DNA of 63,690 bases, counting the filler, from Octopus bimaculoides (lineage: Eukaryota), in NCBI RefSeq assembly GCF_001194135.2. It is 5 parts of 4 records of this genome, joined end to end, with 100 filler letters (N's around TTAATTAATTAA, not from the genome) between each part and the next. Parts side by side here need not be neighbours in the genome. Positions count along the whole stretch, not along the records: positions 34,128 to 56,168 come from NC_068982.1; positions 56,269 to 60,987 come from NW_026324213.1; positions 61,088 to 63,690 come from NC_068996.1; 2 more parts are not named here. One strand, written 5' to 3'. The stretch's first letter is position 1; each line of letters begins with the position of its first letter. The position numbers were made by a program, and so were the translations under genes. The notes beneath the pieces are model-generated. The model was not told the origin of the DNA. It did not search any database and was given only the letters and a program-made list of their open reading frames with translations. Positions 53,011 through 63,690 of this stretch are shown piece after piece.

Positions 53011-53730
53011 TTTCATTATTTTCATTGACATCTTTCAATTCTGTTTTTATTTCTTGTCAAGTGACTTCTTGACACCTAGGGCAGAGAAACACCATTAAAA
53101 TAAATACACTAAATTGTCCATTTACAAAGTCATGTGATAGAGAAAAAGAGGAAGAAAGACAAAAAGAAAAAAGAAAATAAAGGGGAAAAAGGGAAAGAAA
53201 TTTCACTGCGACACTGTTCTTCTCAATACGTGTGATGTACCAGTTAATACAGTCTTTTGGCACTTCCTGCATGCATGGTAAACCAGGGATCATTCTTAAA
53301 TAATTTTCAGTTCCTTTTTTGATCATTCCAATTGCTCCTACAATCACCAGTATTGTAACCATCTTGAGATGCCACATCTTTTCGATTTCAAAGAGCAAAT
53401 CTTTATATTTTCTGAGCTTATCAAATTCTTTTGCCTAGATATTATGGTCACAGGGTAAACTCATGTCAAATCAATAAACAAACTTTATTGTTTTGGCCTT
53501 TCATAACAATATCTGGTTTATTAGCTTTGATTGTCCGATCTGTACATAGTGGAAAGTTCCAAAGAATTGTTATATTTTCTCCCTCAGTTACAGCCTCAGG
53601 GTGGTGCTTGTACCATTTGTCAGCAGTCTTGATTTTATAATGCCAACACATTATCCAATGTAGATATTGGCCAACTCTGTCATGACTTGATTTGTACTCT
53701 ACAGGTGCTAAAACCTTACATCCAGATATT
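52948..53730 (-). mobile_element. RLE-type LINE 3' end (zinc-knuckle remnant and PD-(D/E)xK endonuclease)
   Basis: ISGCKVLAPVEYKSSHDRVGQYLHWIMC...ILWNFPLCTDRTIKANKPDIVMK..NKVCLLI and WHLK..TILVIVGAIGMIKKG..IPG; ends in (TAA)n. Confidence 0.88.
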
Positions 53731-54225
53731 AGGTGGTCAACTGTTACTATCCCATCGTTGCAGTATCGGCACTTTGGGTCTACACCATTTTTTCATGGTC
53801 AATAAAATAAGTATATGAGTTGAACAGTGGTGGGAGACAAACACACACACTTCTTTCAGTTTCTGTTCACCAAGTTCACTCATAAGGCTTTGGTTGGCCT
53901 GAGACTGTAGTAGAAGACACACAGGCCCAGGTTGCCACACAGTGGAACTGAACCTGGAACCACTGACACCTGTGGTAAAACTACAAGAGTAGTACTTGGC
54001 TGCGCAGTGTTTTAGTAATCCTGTGTCTGTCCTCCTCTTGTTTAAGGCCCTGGTTCTTGCACTTCAGTATCATGGAACCAATAACTGTGTAACTAAGTAC
54101 TTTGGTTTTTTTTTTTATCGTTTTGGTGTGGCCTCTTGTGTCTGTGACCTTTTAGTGTCTGTAAAGATCTGGTGTCGTCTAAACACTTCTGATCAGTTGA
54201 GATAAAAATCTGTAAGACAGGGCAA

Positions 54226-54297
54226 ATGGATACCATATACGAAATGGAAGAATGCTCTTACGACCAAGATTTACAAAGCCCAGACTTTATTTCTCAA
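54226..54297 (+). CDS. Candidate first coding exon of an unidentified gene (MDTIYEMEECSYDQDLQSPDFISQ)
   Basis: gcaaATGG start context, in-frame stop 36 nt upstream, CAA|gtaagg donor in phase 0, pyrimidine-rich acceptor ending near 54155; no homology recognised. Confidence 0.4.
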
Positions 54298-56040
54298 GTA
54301 AGGTTTCTTTTCTAATTGTAAACAGTTTGTTTTCCTTTTATTAGCAAGTGTGTGTATGTGTGCATATGGTCTTGGTGTTACATGTTTGGTTTTTATAAAG
54401 CCTGTATGATGTCGATTTCAAAGTTTGTCACAAGACCAGCAAGTTCGAGGAAGGGGCTAAGTTGGTTACATCGACCCCAGTGCTTAACTGGTACTTATCA
54501 TTCTATCATCCCCAAAAGGATAAAAAGCAAGGTCAACCTCACTGGAATTTCAACTCAAGACACACAATATAGCATTTATTTATATATATATATATAATCA
54601 TCATCATTATAATCATATCGTTTAACGTTTGCTTTCTGTGCTGGCATGGGTTGCACAGTTTGACTGAGGGCTGGTGAGCCAGAAGGTTGCACCAGTTTCC
54701 TTATATATATANNNNNNNNNNNNNNNNNNNNNNNNNNNNNNNNNNNNNNNNNNNNNNNNNNNNNNNNNNNNNNNNNNNNNNNNNNNNNNNNNNNNNNNNN
54801 NNNNNNNNNNNNNNNNNNNNNNNNNNNNNNNNNNNNNNNNNNNNNNNNNNNNNNNNNNNNNNNNNNNNNNNNNNNNNNNNNNNNNNNNNNNNNNNNNNNN
54901 NNNNNNNNNNNNNNNNNNNNNNNNNNNNNNNNNNNNNNNNNNNNNNNNNNNNNNNNNNNNNNNNNNNNNNNNNNNNNNNNNNNNNNNNNNNNNNNNNNNN
55001 NNNNNNNNNNNNNNNNNNNNNNNNNNNNNNNNNNNNNNNNNNNNNNNNNNNNNNNNNNNNNNNNNNNNNNNNNNNNNNNNNNNNNNNNNNNNNNNNNNNN
55101 NNNNNNNNNNNNNNNNNNNNNNNNNNNNNNNNNNNNNNNNNNNNNNNNNNNNNNNNNNNNNNNNNNNNNNNNNNNNNNNNNNNNNNNNNNNNNNNNNNNN
55201 NNNNNNNNNNNNNNNNNNNNNNNNNNNNNNNNNNNNNNNNNNNNNNNNNNNNNNNNNNNNNNNNNNNNNNNNNNNNNNNNNNNNNNNNNNATATATATAT
55301 ATATACGACAAGCTCCTTTTCAGTTTCCATCTATCAAATCCACTCACAAGGCTTTGCCCAAGGTGCCACACAGTTGGACTGAGCCCGGAAACATCTGCTT
55401 GGGAAGCAAGTTTCTTACCACATAGCCACTCCTGCACCTATATATATATATATATGCGTGTATATACTGCATATATACACACATATGTATATATGTGTGT
55501 ATGTATGTGTCTGTGTTTGTCCTCCACCACCACTTGCCACTTGACAACTGTTGTTGGTTTGTTTACTTTCCCATAGCTGAGTGATTAGGCAAAAGAGACT
55601 GATAGAATATGCACTTGACTTAAAGAAAGATAATAAATGCACCTCAGTGCCCCAGCATGGCCACATCCTAATGACTGAAACAAAAGTTAGAAGATATATA
55701 TATTTACGCTCACGTGCATATATCTCTCTTCATACACTCACTCGCACAGTGTGTGCATGTCCGGTGAAAATTCCGCCTGAGGTCAGTAAGGTACCAGTCA
55801 CGTATTGGGGGATTGATGGTATTGACTAACCCATTCTTCCTAAATGAGAGAGATTGGCAGAATCACTAGAAAAAGAGGGGGGGGGATGCTTTGCAGTGTT
55901 TTTTTCTGCTGCTTTGCATTCTGAGTTCAAATCCTGTGGAGTTCAACTTTTTACTCCAGGGTCAACAAAGTACCAGTGATGTAATGGGGTTGATGATATC
56001 AACTGGCCTCTTTGTTGGCCTTGTATTAAAATTGGGAAGA

Positions 56041-56090
<50 letters not shown>

Positions 56091-56324
56091 CATTATTATT
56101 ATTATCCTTCAGGTGGTGCACTGACAGAATTGTCAGTGTCCTGGGCAAAATGTTTAGTGGTATTCCTCNNNNNNNNNNNNNNNNNNNNNNNNNNNNNNNN
56201 NNNNNNNNNNNNTTAATTAATTAANNNNNNNNNNNNNNNNNNNNNNNNNNNNNNNNNNNNNNNNNNNNAAGTAGTTGGGTTCAGCATATTATCCTCCATT
56301 TTCTAATTATTATATATACATATA

Positions 56325-56475
56325 TATATTACATACAAAAATAAGAGGAATGATCAGCAAAAGTGGACTCCTATATGCTAGAAATAGATGCCGAATCATC
56401 TAACCACGAAATCTATTTCTAGCATATAGGAGTCCACTTTTGCTGGTCATTCCTCTTATTTTTGTATGTAATATA
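56325..56475. repeat. 65-bp inverted repeat (1 mismatch) with 21-nt spacer
   Basis: 56325-56389 versus 56411-56475; the only difference would be a U-G wobble in RNA. Confidence 0.95.
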
Positions 56476-56553
56476 ATTTTAATCTTCGGATTTTTTTAAT
56501 ATGCTAGACCACTGGTTTTAATTGATTAATATCAATTTCTACCCTCATTAATA

Positions 56554-56613
<60 letters not shown>

Positions 56614-56768
56614 ATATATATATGGGTTTACATACTCAATAGCACGCACGTATATATATTTAACATATATTCTGATGTGTAGACGGGAGCATTGTGCTGA
56701 TGAAAATGTTTAGAACATTGACGTTTATAATTTGATTTAACATATTACACATTCTTGCGAAATTTTAG

Positions 56769-57076
56769 GTTAACAATGAACTATTGCAAATGCCGTTAAA
56801 GAATTACTTGGTATTTAATGCTACATACTCTGCTGGATGGGTCACAGTTATAACAAGCTTCGGTTTGAAAGTGAAATTTGATGGAAACCATCGTGTTTAT
56901 GTTTATGTAAACAGTAAATACAGAGGTCAACTGACAGGACTGTGTGGTGACTGCAATGGCAAGAAAGACGATTTCCGTACGAAGGAAGGTATTGATGTAT
57001 CGACAAAAACAAATAAATACTCCCTCATTGGTATGAGCTATCAAGTGCCTGACGATAGTGACAAACCAGAAAATGT
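56769..57076 (+). CDS. VWD-domain protein, exon A (C-terminal half of a VWD domain)
   Basis: ttttag acceptor and GT|gttagt donor; VNNELLQMP...GLKVKFDGNHRVYVYVNSKYRGQLTGLCGDCNGKKDDF. Confidence 0.92.
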
Positions 57077-57414
57077 GTTAGTATCACGTTTTATTACTTC
57101 ACGTTTTGTTCGTTTTGTTCGTATTGTGTTATATAGTGCCGGACGGATTTTGTAAAAATATATACATATATAGATACATACATACATATACGCCAGAGGT
57201 CCACACACACACACGAATTATCACGTGCGCAAATATGCATTCTTTCACTAATATTGCAATAAATTCGTTGTGTCTCCCGAAGACAGTTTACAGAATATAT
57301 AATTTATGATTAAATAATGAATACGCATTTTCTGATAATCTATTTTCTTAAAAAACTTCCCAGTAGGTAATATATGCTAAATGAATACACATTGTATTAA
57401 ATGTATTAACTGAC

Positions 57415-57725
57415 ACCCTGTCGGTTACGACGACGAGGGTTCCAATCAACAGAACAGCCTGCTCGTGAAATTAACATGCATGTGGTTGAGCACTCCACAG
57501 ACACGTGAACCCTTAACGTAGTTCTCGGGGAGATTCAACGTGACACAGAGAGTGACAAAGCTGGCCCTTCGAAATATAGTTACTACGCAATTTTGCTACC
57601 TGAGTGGACTGGAGCAGCGTGAAATAAAGTCTTTTGCTTAAGGACATAATGCATCGACGGGAATTGAACTCACAAACCTGAGATCGTGAGCCGAATACCC
57701 TAACTACTAAGCCACACACCTTCAC
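57415..57725 (-). mobile_element. tRNA-derived SINE, family D (intronic)
   Basis: Minus-strand head GTGAAGGTGTGTGGCTTAGTAG...GAGTTCAATTCCC, core, and a tail shared with 28320-28442. Confidence 0.85.
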
Positions 57726-57729
57726 TGAA

Positions 57730-57897
57730 TCTATTTATTTATTTATTTATTTATTTCCCACAAGGGGCTAAACATAGAGGGGACAAACAAGGACAGACAA
57801 AGGAATTAAGTCGATTACATCGACCTCAGTGCATAACTGGTACTTATTTAATCGATCCCGAAAGGATGAAAGGTAAAGTCGACCTCGGCGGAATTTG
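57730..57897 (-). mobile_element. SINE family C, 5'-truncated (intronic)
   Basis: Homologous to 9921-10070. Confidence 0.8.
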
Positions 57898-58234
57898 TTC
57901 ACTGAAAGTATTAAAACAGACAAAATATCTGTTCACCCGCACACACACATATCTTGTATTCATTCCTGTCATGTCCTGCTGTGTTTGTAGGTTTAATCCA
58001 TCATCCTGTTAAACACTACTAGGTAAGCATTGGATGTTTTACGCTTTTCAGCCATGTTCCCCGATGAAATTCGTGTAGTTAATTTTGGTCAGGAATATCA
58101 TGTCAGTCTCGATTTTATGCAAGCAAACGTTATTATCGCTTTAAATAGTTATGTCGTGATGTTGAAAAATGCGCCTTGTGAGTGAAAACAGAGTAATGAA
58201 TTTTGTATATTAATGAATTTTCCTCCCCATGTAG

Positions 58235-58509
58235 ATGCAATGTCACTGATATCACTACCAATTGCCATGCAAATACAACTCGAAGATGTGAACTTATGAC
58301 AGACGAGAGTGGTATTTTTGGAGGATGTATAAAGAAATTAGGAATTGAAGCAGCTAGACAACATTTTGAATCTTGCAAAATTGATGTTTGCGCTTACAGC
58401 ACGACAACTAAGCATAAAACAAGTGCTACTTGCAAAAGTTTCGAAAGTTTTGTCGAGGAATGTGAAGAAAAAGGTGTCTTAGTTAATTGGAGAGGAGTTT
58501 TGGGATGCA
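58235..58509 (+). CDS. VWD-domain protein, exon B (C8 domain)
   Basis: ccccatgtag acceptor and A|gtgagt donor; phase 2 start completes GTA (Val) with exon A; RRCELM...IFGGC...FESCKIDVC...TCKSFESFVEECEEKGVLVNWR..GC. Confidence 0.93.
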
Positions 58510-58883
58510 GTGAGTAGATGTTTTATTTGATATGAAATGCTTGCAATTTTTTTCTAATTTGTGCCGTTTTTCTCTCATTCTCTATAGTTTTGATATCTCA
58601 TTTACAGTTTTCATATTTTCATAATCGATTGAAATATTTCAATGTCAGCACAATTAGGACACCACTTTCCTCCAATCATTGCAATAATTTAAATCATTTT
58701 TCAAAGATTTGCGTTCTACATATGTAATAAAATAACAGAAAATCAGCATCAAATTATTATCAATTATAGTCACTTTCATAAAATTGAAATACCTCCTTTT
58801 TCACCTCCGTATCCTCGTCTTCTTCAGTTACATCTCTGCCATTACCATTATTATCATGAACAATATGTCTTTTCATTATTTAG

Positions 58884-59083
58884 ATTTGGATTGTAGTACA
58901 TGGGCGAACACGATGTACAAATTTAATGTTACTAACAACCAACCAACTTGCATGAACAGAAATCCCACACCGACCGCTTATCTTACTGATGGATGTGTAT
59001 GCAAAGGAAGCTATGTTCTCAGTGGAAAGGAATGTGTACCAAAACCACAATGTGGTTGTATGTATGGCGGAATGTATCTACAG
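58884..59083 (+). CDS. VWD-domain protein, exon C (atypical TIL domain and start of TILa)
   Basis: tatttag acceptor and CAG|gttggt donor; phase 1 start gives AAT; ...PTC...[28 protein letters not shown]. Confidence 0.92.
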
Positions 59084-59269
59084 GTTGGTTCAATATTTTT
59101 TTTATGTAAATAAGGATGAATAACCATGAACCATCCATCCATCCATCCATCCATCCATCCATCCATCCATCCATCCATCCATCGATACATACATGCAAAC
59201 ATACATTCATATATACACATATACATGTATATATGTATGTACAATATGTATGAATGAATGTATATAAAC

Positions 59270-59324
<55 letters not shown>

Positions 59325-60587
59325 TACTCACGTACACACACATGCACGCACATGCACGCACATGCATACACACACACACACATGCACCCCACACACACGG
59401 ACTTTTATGCTAGTTAAAATATGTTTGTGGCATATTTTAACTTCTAAAGGCAAATTCAATGCAGTTATGGTGCAAAAAATATTCTCTTACAGTAAAATGT
59501 GTAAAACCTGTATATCTGGCCGGTGCTCCCTCTCTAGCGGACTCTTAGACATTCACGACAGTGAATTTTCCAGTAGAAGTTAGAATGTCATAACCATATT
59601 TTAATTAAGCTAAATTTTATTTGTTACTAATCACTGCTTGGCACTGGTGCTGCTATTTTTTTAATTTCGAACAGTCGGTCCACTAGCGCAACTCAGTTCT
59701 TGATGTTATCTATTTTTGAGTTAAAGTCACGTCTTTGAATCTGCTCTGAGTTATCTTTCTTCGGTATTTTCCATTGAAGAAGGCTAAAGAGTCAGAAACA
59801 TGCGTGTAGGAATCCGCCGGAGGGAAACACTGGGCAGATACGGTGTTTTTGCACCTTTTACTCTAAAAGAGCATTTTTTTTCTCCACAGTAAATGTAGTG
59901 AATTTGCTTTTGAAATTCGTTTGTTCGTAATGACTGCCTGTAGCTGCTGTTATACATACATACATACATACATACATACAGATATTGATATATGCTTAGC
60001 TACAGACACTCACACACACACACACATATCCTTTTGGTGCGGTGCACTCTGGGTATTGATTCGTTTGCTGTCATCAAACGGATGAAATGCTTTTTCTGTA
60101 GGACCTCCGTAATTTAAGGCTCACCATGCATCTGTTACATGTATACATAGTCCTGGTTTAGGACTTTCATATATTGGTAGTGGCCAATATATGCAAATCT
60201 TTTCTCTCCAAACTACAGATGACGGCAAACTTTGATAGTGTAATCATTGATACAGTACGTCTGAGCTAGAAAAATCGGATGGTTACCCATGCAATGTCAT
60301 TGGTCATAAATCTACACGATCATGGTTGACTTTAGTGTATATAACTAAAATAACATAAAATAATATGTGTAACATATATTGGTTTCAAAATTTGGCAAGA
60401 GGCCAGCAATTTCAGAGGAGAGGTAAGTAGATTATACCAACACCATAAAATGCCACCAGGTATTTTACCTGGCGCACTAAACAGTCTGTCAGCTGGCCAC
60501 CTTAAATGTGCAAAATATAGTGAACGAAAGAGGACATTATTGAAATTGTCCGTCATTGAAAATATTAATTCTTCTACTTTGAATCAG

Positions 60588-60759
60588 GTTAACACAACTA
60601 TATTATCAAGCGACTGCTCAGAATCGATAACGTGTTTGGGTAATGGAAGAATTAATCAAACTTGTTCATGTCCGAAAGGATCCGATTGCCTAATTGAATT
60701 TGGTGAACGCATGTGCAAATGCCCTGAAAGTTATGCTCCTCTCAATGGCGAATGCAAAG
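60588..60759 (+). CDS. VWD-domain protein, exon D (TILa-like segment with EGF-like tail)
   Basis: gaatcag acceptor and G|gtaagt donor; phase 0 start matches exon C; VNTTILSSDCSESITCLGNG...CPKGSDC...MCKCPESYAPLNGEC. Confidence 0.88.
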
Positions 60760-61087
60760 GTAAGTTGAAGGATATTATAATGATTTTTATTACATATTTG
60801 ATCGATTGTGTGATCGGTGTTTAAATTTTCAAACTTACACTCTCTCTAGATGCCTCTATTGTTCAGACTTGACTACCTGTATGTATCTGTATGTAGTCCT
60901 GGGCAAGTTTGTTTTGTAGAAGTGTAACAGTTGTCCATGCAAGCAAATATTTATTCTTCATGTCTCTGTTGTGTCCTTGAGAAACACNNNNNNNNNNNNN
61001 NNNNNNNNNNNNNNNNNNNNNNNNNNNNNNNTTAATTAATTAANNNNNNNNNNNNNNNNNNNNNNNNNNNNNNNNNNNNNNNNNNNN

Positions 61088-61440
61088 CATTGCTGTACTC
61101 ATTTCCAACCCTCACCTTACTGGCAGCATCTCTGTACATGGCTCGCACAGCTCTCACTAACCATTCTTCTATCCCAAGTTTCCTCATTGACCACCAGATA
61201 AGGGATCGGGGGACCCTGTCAAAGGCTTTCTCCATGTCAACGAAAGCCAGGTACAGAGGTTTATCCTTAGCTAGGTATTTCTCCTGCAACTGTCTCACTA
61301 GAAATAAGGCATCAGTAGTGCTTTTACCTGGCACGAACCCAAACTGCATCTCATCTAAATTGATTCGCTCCCTAATTAGTTGGGCTATGACCCTCTCTGT
61401 AACTTTCATAACCTGATCTAACAGCTTGATGCCTCTTATC
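61088..61440 (-). mobile_element. RTE-clade LINE reverse transcriptase fragment with an uninterrupted frame
   Basis: RGIKLLDQVMKVTERV...QFGFVPGKSTTDALFLVRQLQEKY...AFVDMEKAFDRVPR..IWWSMRKLG; truncated at RGIKL and by the gap. Confidence 0.93.
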
Positions 61441-62654
61441 ATTGGCACAACTTAAGGAGTAGTACTATCGAATTAATAACCCTAGCTTTAAATGCATTGA
61501 AACTACGTGGATTCCAGATTCCTTGGCTGATGAGAAGTTTTTTCTGTATTTTACTTAGTCCTTTCCCATCAATCGTTTTCATATTGGCTTTCGATTTTCA
61601 GCAACACACACACACACATACTTATGTATATGTGTGTGTGTGTGTGCATAATTAAATATATATATATGTATATATATATATANNNNNNNNNNNNNNNNNN
61701 NNNNNNNNNNNNNNNNNNNNNNNNNNNNNNNNNNNNNNNNNNNNNNNNNNNNNNNNNNNNNNNNNNNNNNNNNNNNNNNNNNNNNNNNNNNNNNNNNNNN
61801 NNNNNNNNNNNNNNNNNNNNNNNNNNNNNNNNNNNNNNNNNNNNNNNNNNNNNNNNNNNNNNNNNNNNNNNNNNNNNNNNNNNNNNNNNNNNNNNNNNNN
61901 NNNNNNNNNNNNNNNNNNNNNNNNNNNNNNNNNNNNNNNNNNNNNNNNNNNNNNNNNNNNNNNNNNNNNNNNNNNNNNNNNNNNNNNNNNNNNNNNNNNN
62001 NNNNNNNNNNNNNNNNNNNNNNNNNNNNNNNNNNNNNNNNNNNNNNNNNNNNNNNNNNNNNNNNNNNNNNNNNNNNNNNNNNNNNNNNNNNNNNNNNNNN
62101 NNNNNNNNNNNNNNNNNNNNNNNNNNNNNNNNNNNNNNNNNNNNNNNNNNNNNNNNNNNNNNNNNNNNNNNNNNNNNNNNNNNNNNNNNNNNNNNNNNNN
62201 NNNNNNNNNNNNNNNNNNNNNNNNNNNNNNNNNNNNNNNNNNNNNNNNNNNNNNNNNNNNNNNNNNNNNNNNNNNNNNNNNNNNNNNNNNNNNNNNNNNN
62301 NNNNNNNNNNNNNNNNNNNNNNNNNNNNNNNNNNNNNNNNNNNNNNNNNNNNNNNNNNNNNNNNNNNNNNNNNNNNNNNNNNNNNNNNNNNNNNNNNNNN
62401 NNNNNAAAGAAAAGTGAATTCCTGTAATAATCTTGTTATATTCGTAGTAAAGATTTTTTTTCGAGGAAATGATTAGGGTGTTGGAAGACATTTCTTTTCC
62501 TTTATTTTTTTCCTATCATTCTATTTACTATATATATTTCACTTTTTTTTTTTCCCTCAGAAATATCATAAAATATTAAGATATCAGCAAGAATATTGCA
62601 ATGTGTTAGAAAAATGTCAAACTCAATATGATATATGGTCAGTTCGACTGTATA

Positions 62655-62699
<45 letters not shown>

Positions 62700-62923
62700 A
62701 TATACATATGTAAATGCATATATATATATATTTGCATGTATATGTATGGGGATACACTTACACATACACACTCACGCACATACACACACACACGCATACA
62801 CGCTCATATGTACGCTCATACGTAGTTTACACTGCTAAATACAAAATATTGTATTTTTCAAGCACTCCTGTTTTCATTGCTCTCTACAAGTATTACTCTG
62901 TTCTTCGCCGCCCGTTATCCACA

Positions 62924-62975
<52 letters not shown>

Positions 62976-63690
62976 CACATTTATACACACGCACACACAT
63001 GCACACACAGGTATATGCATGAATAAATCTGCTGATTCATGCAGTGCTACGTGTAACATACAAGACATACATACATACATACATACATACATACATAACA
63101 TACGTACATACATACATACATGCATACATACATACATACATACATACATACATACTTACATGCATGCATACATGCATGCATACATACATACACACACAAA
63201 CACATACATATATCTATATTATTTTACTACTTTAGTTATATTTTTATTGATTTCAGAGTCACTGAACAGCGGCCATACTGGGGCATCACGTCAAGGATTT
63301 TTATCGATCATGTCGACTCAAGTACTCATTTCCTATTGGTACCAGTTTTATTGTTATATGTTATATGAGTGTGAAAGACGCAACGAATATATACGCACGC
63401 ATACATAACTGAAAACTGACATGTAAATATACATACAATCATTCAATTTACTCACATGAATAAATGTACACACATACACACACACATACTCTTTTACTTG
63501 TTTCAGTCATTTGACTGTGGCCATCCTGGAGCACCGCCTTTAATCGAGCAAGGATTCTATCGGTTTCTTGCCGAACCGCTAAGTTACGGGGACGTAAACA
63601 CACCAGCATCGGTAGTCAAGCGATGTTGGGGGAGCAAACACAGACACACAAACATATACACACGCACACACACATATATATATATATATA

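Noticed and set aside
10756-62491. Long ORFs of 150-417 aa in the ORF track
   Set aside because: They run through N-gaps and (TA)n/(CA)n microsatellites; not real coding sequence

Overview
AT-rich, microsatellite- and transposon-dense animal genomic DNA with many N-gaps. The repeat families look like those of an octopus or other coleoid cephalopod; this is recognised from memory and not verified by a search. Two protein-coding genes are supported, both on the + strand and both incomplete in this window. (1) Exons 2 and 3 of a 14-kDa phosphohistidine phosphatase (PHPT1, Janus/Ocnus family) at 11507-11631 and 13823-13915. (2) Four phase-compatible exons (56769-60759) of an extracellular VWD-C8-TIL-TILa/EGF-like protein (IgGFc-binding protein/zonadhesin/tectorin type) whose TIL domain has lost exactly two complete disulfide pairs. 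A possible orphan start exon lies at 54156-54297. Mobile DNA includes a decayed Ty3/Gypsy element with both LTRs, RTE and restriction-like-endonuclease (RLE) LINE fragments, a fold-back DD41D mariner derivative, a Helentron-associated (HINE/DINE-1-like) element and many modular tRNA-derived SINEs. There are also two near-perfect long hairpins and a 25-bp minisatellite. Four fixed 100-bp gaps carry an artificial TTAATTAATTAA linker; CpG content changes visibly at three of them, so adjacency of the blocks may not be real. No prokaryotic features or CRISPR array.
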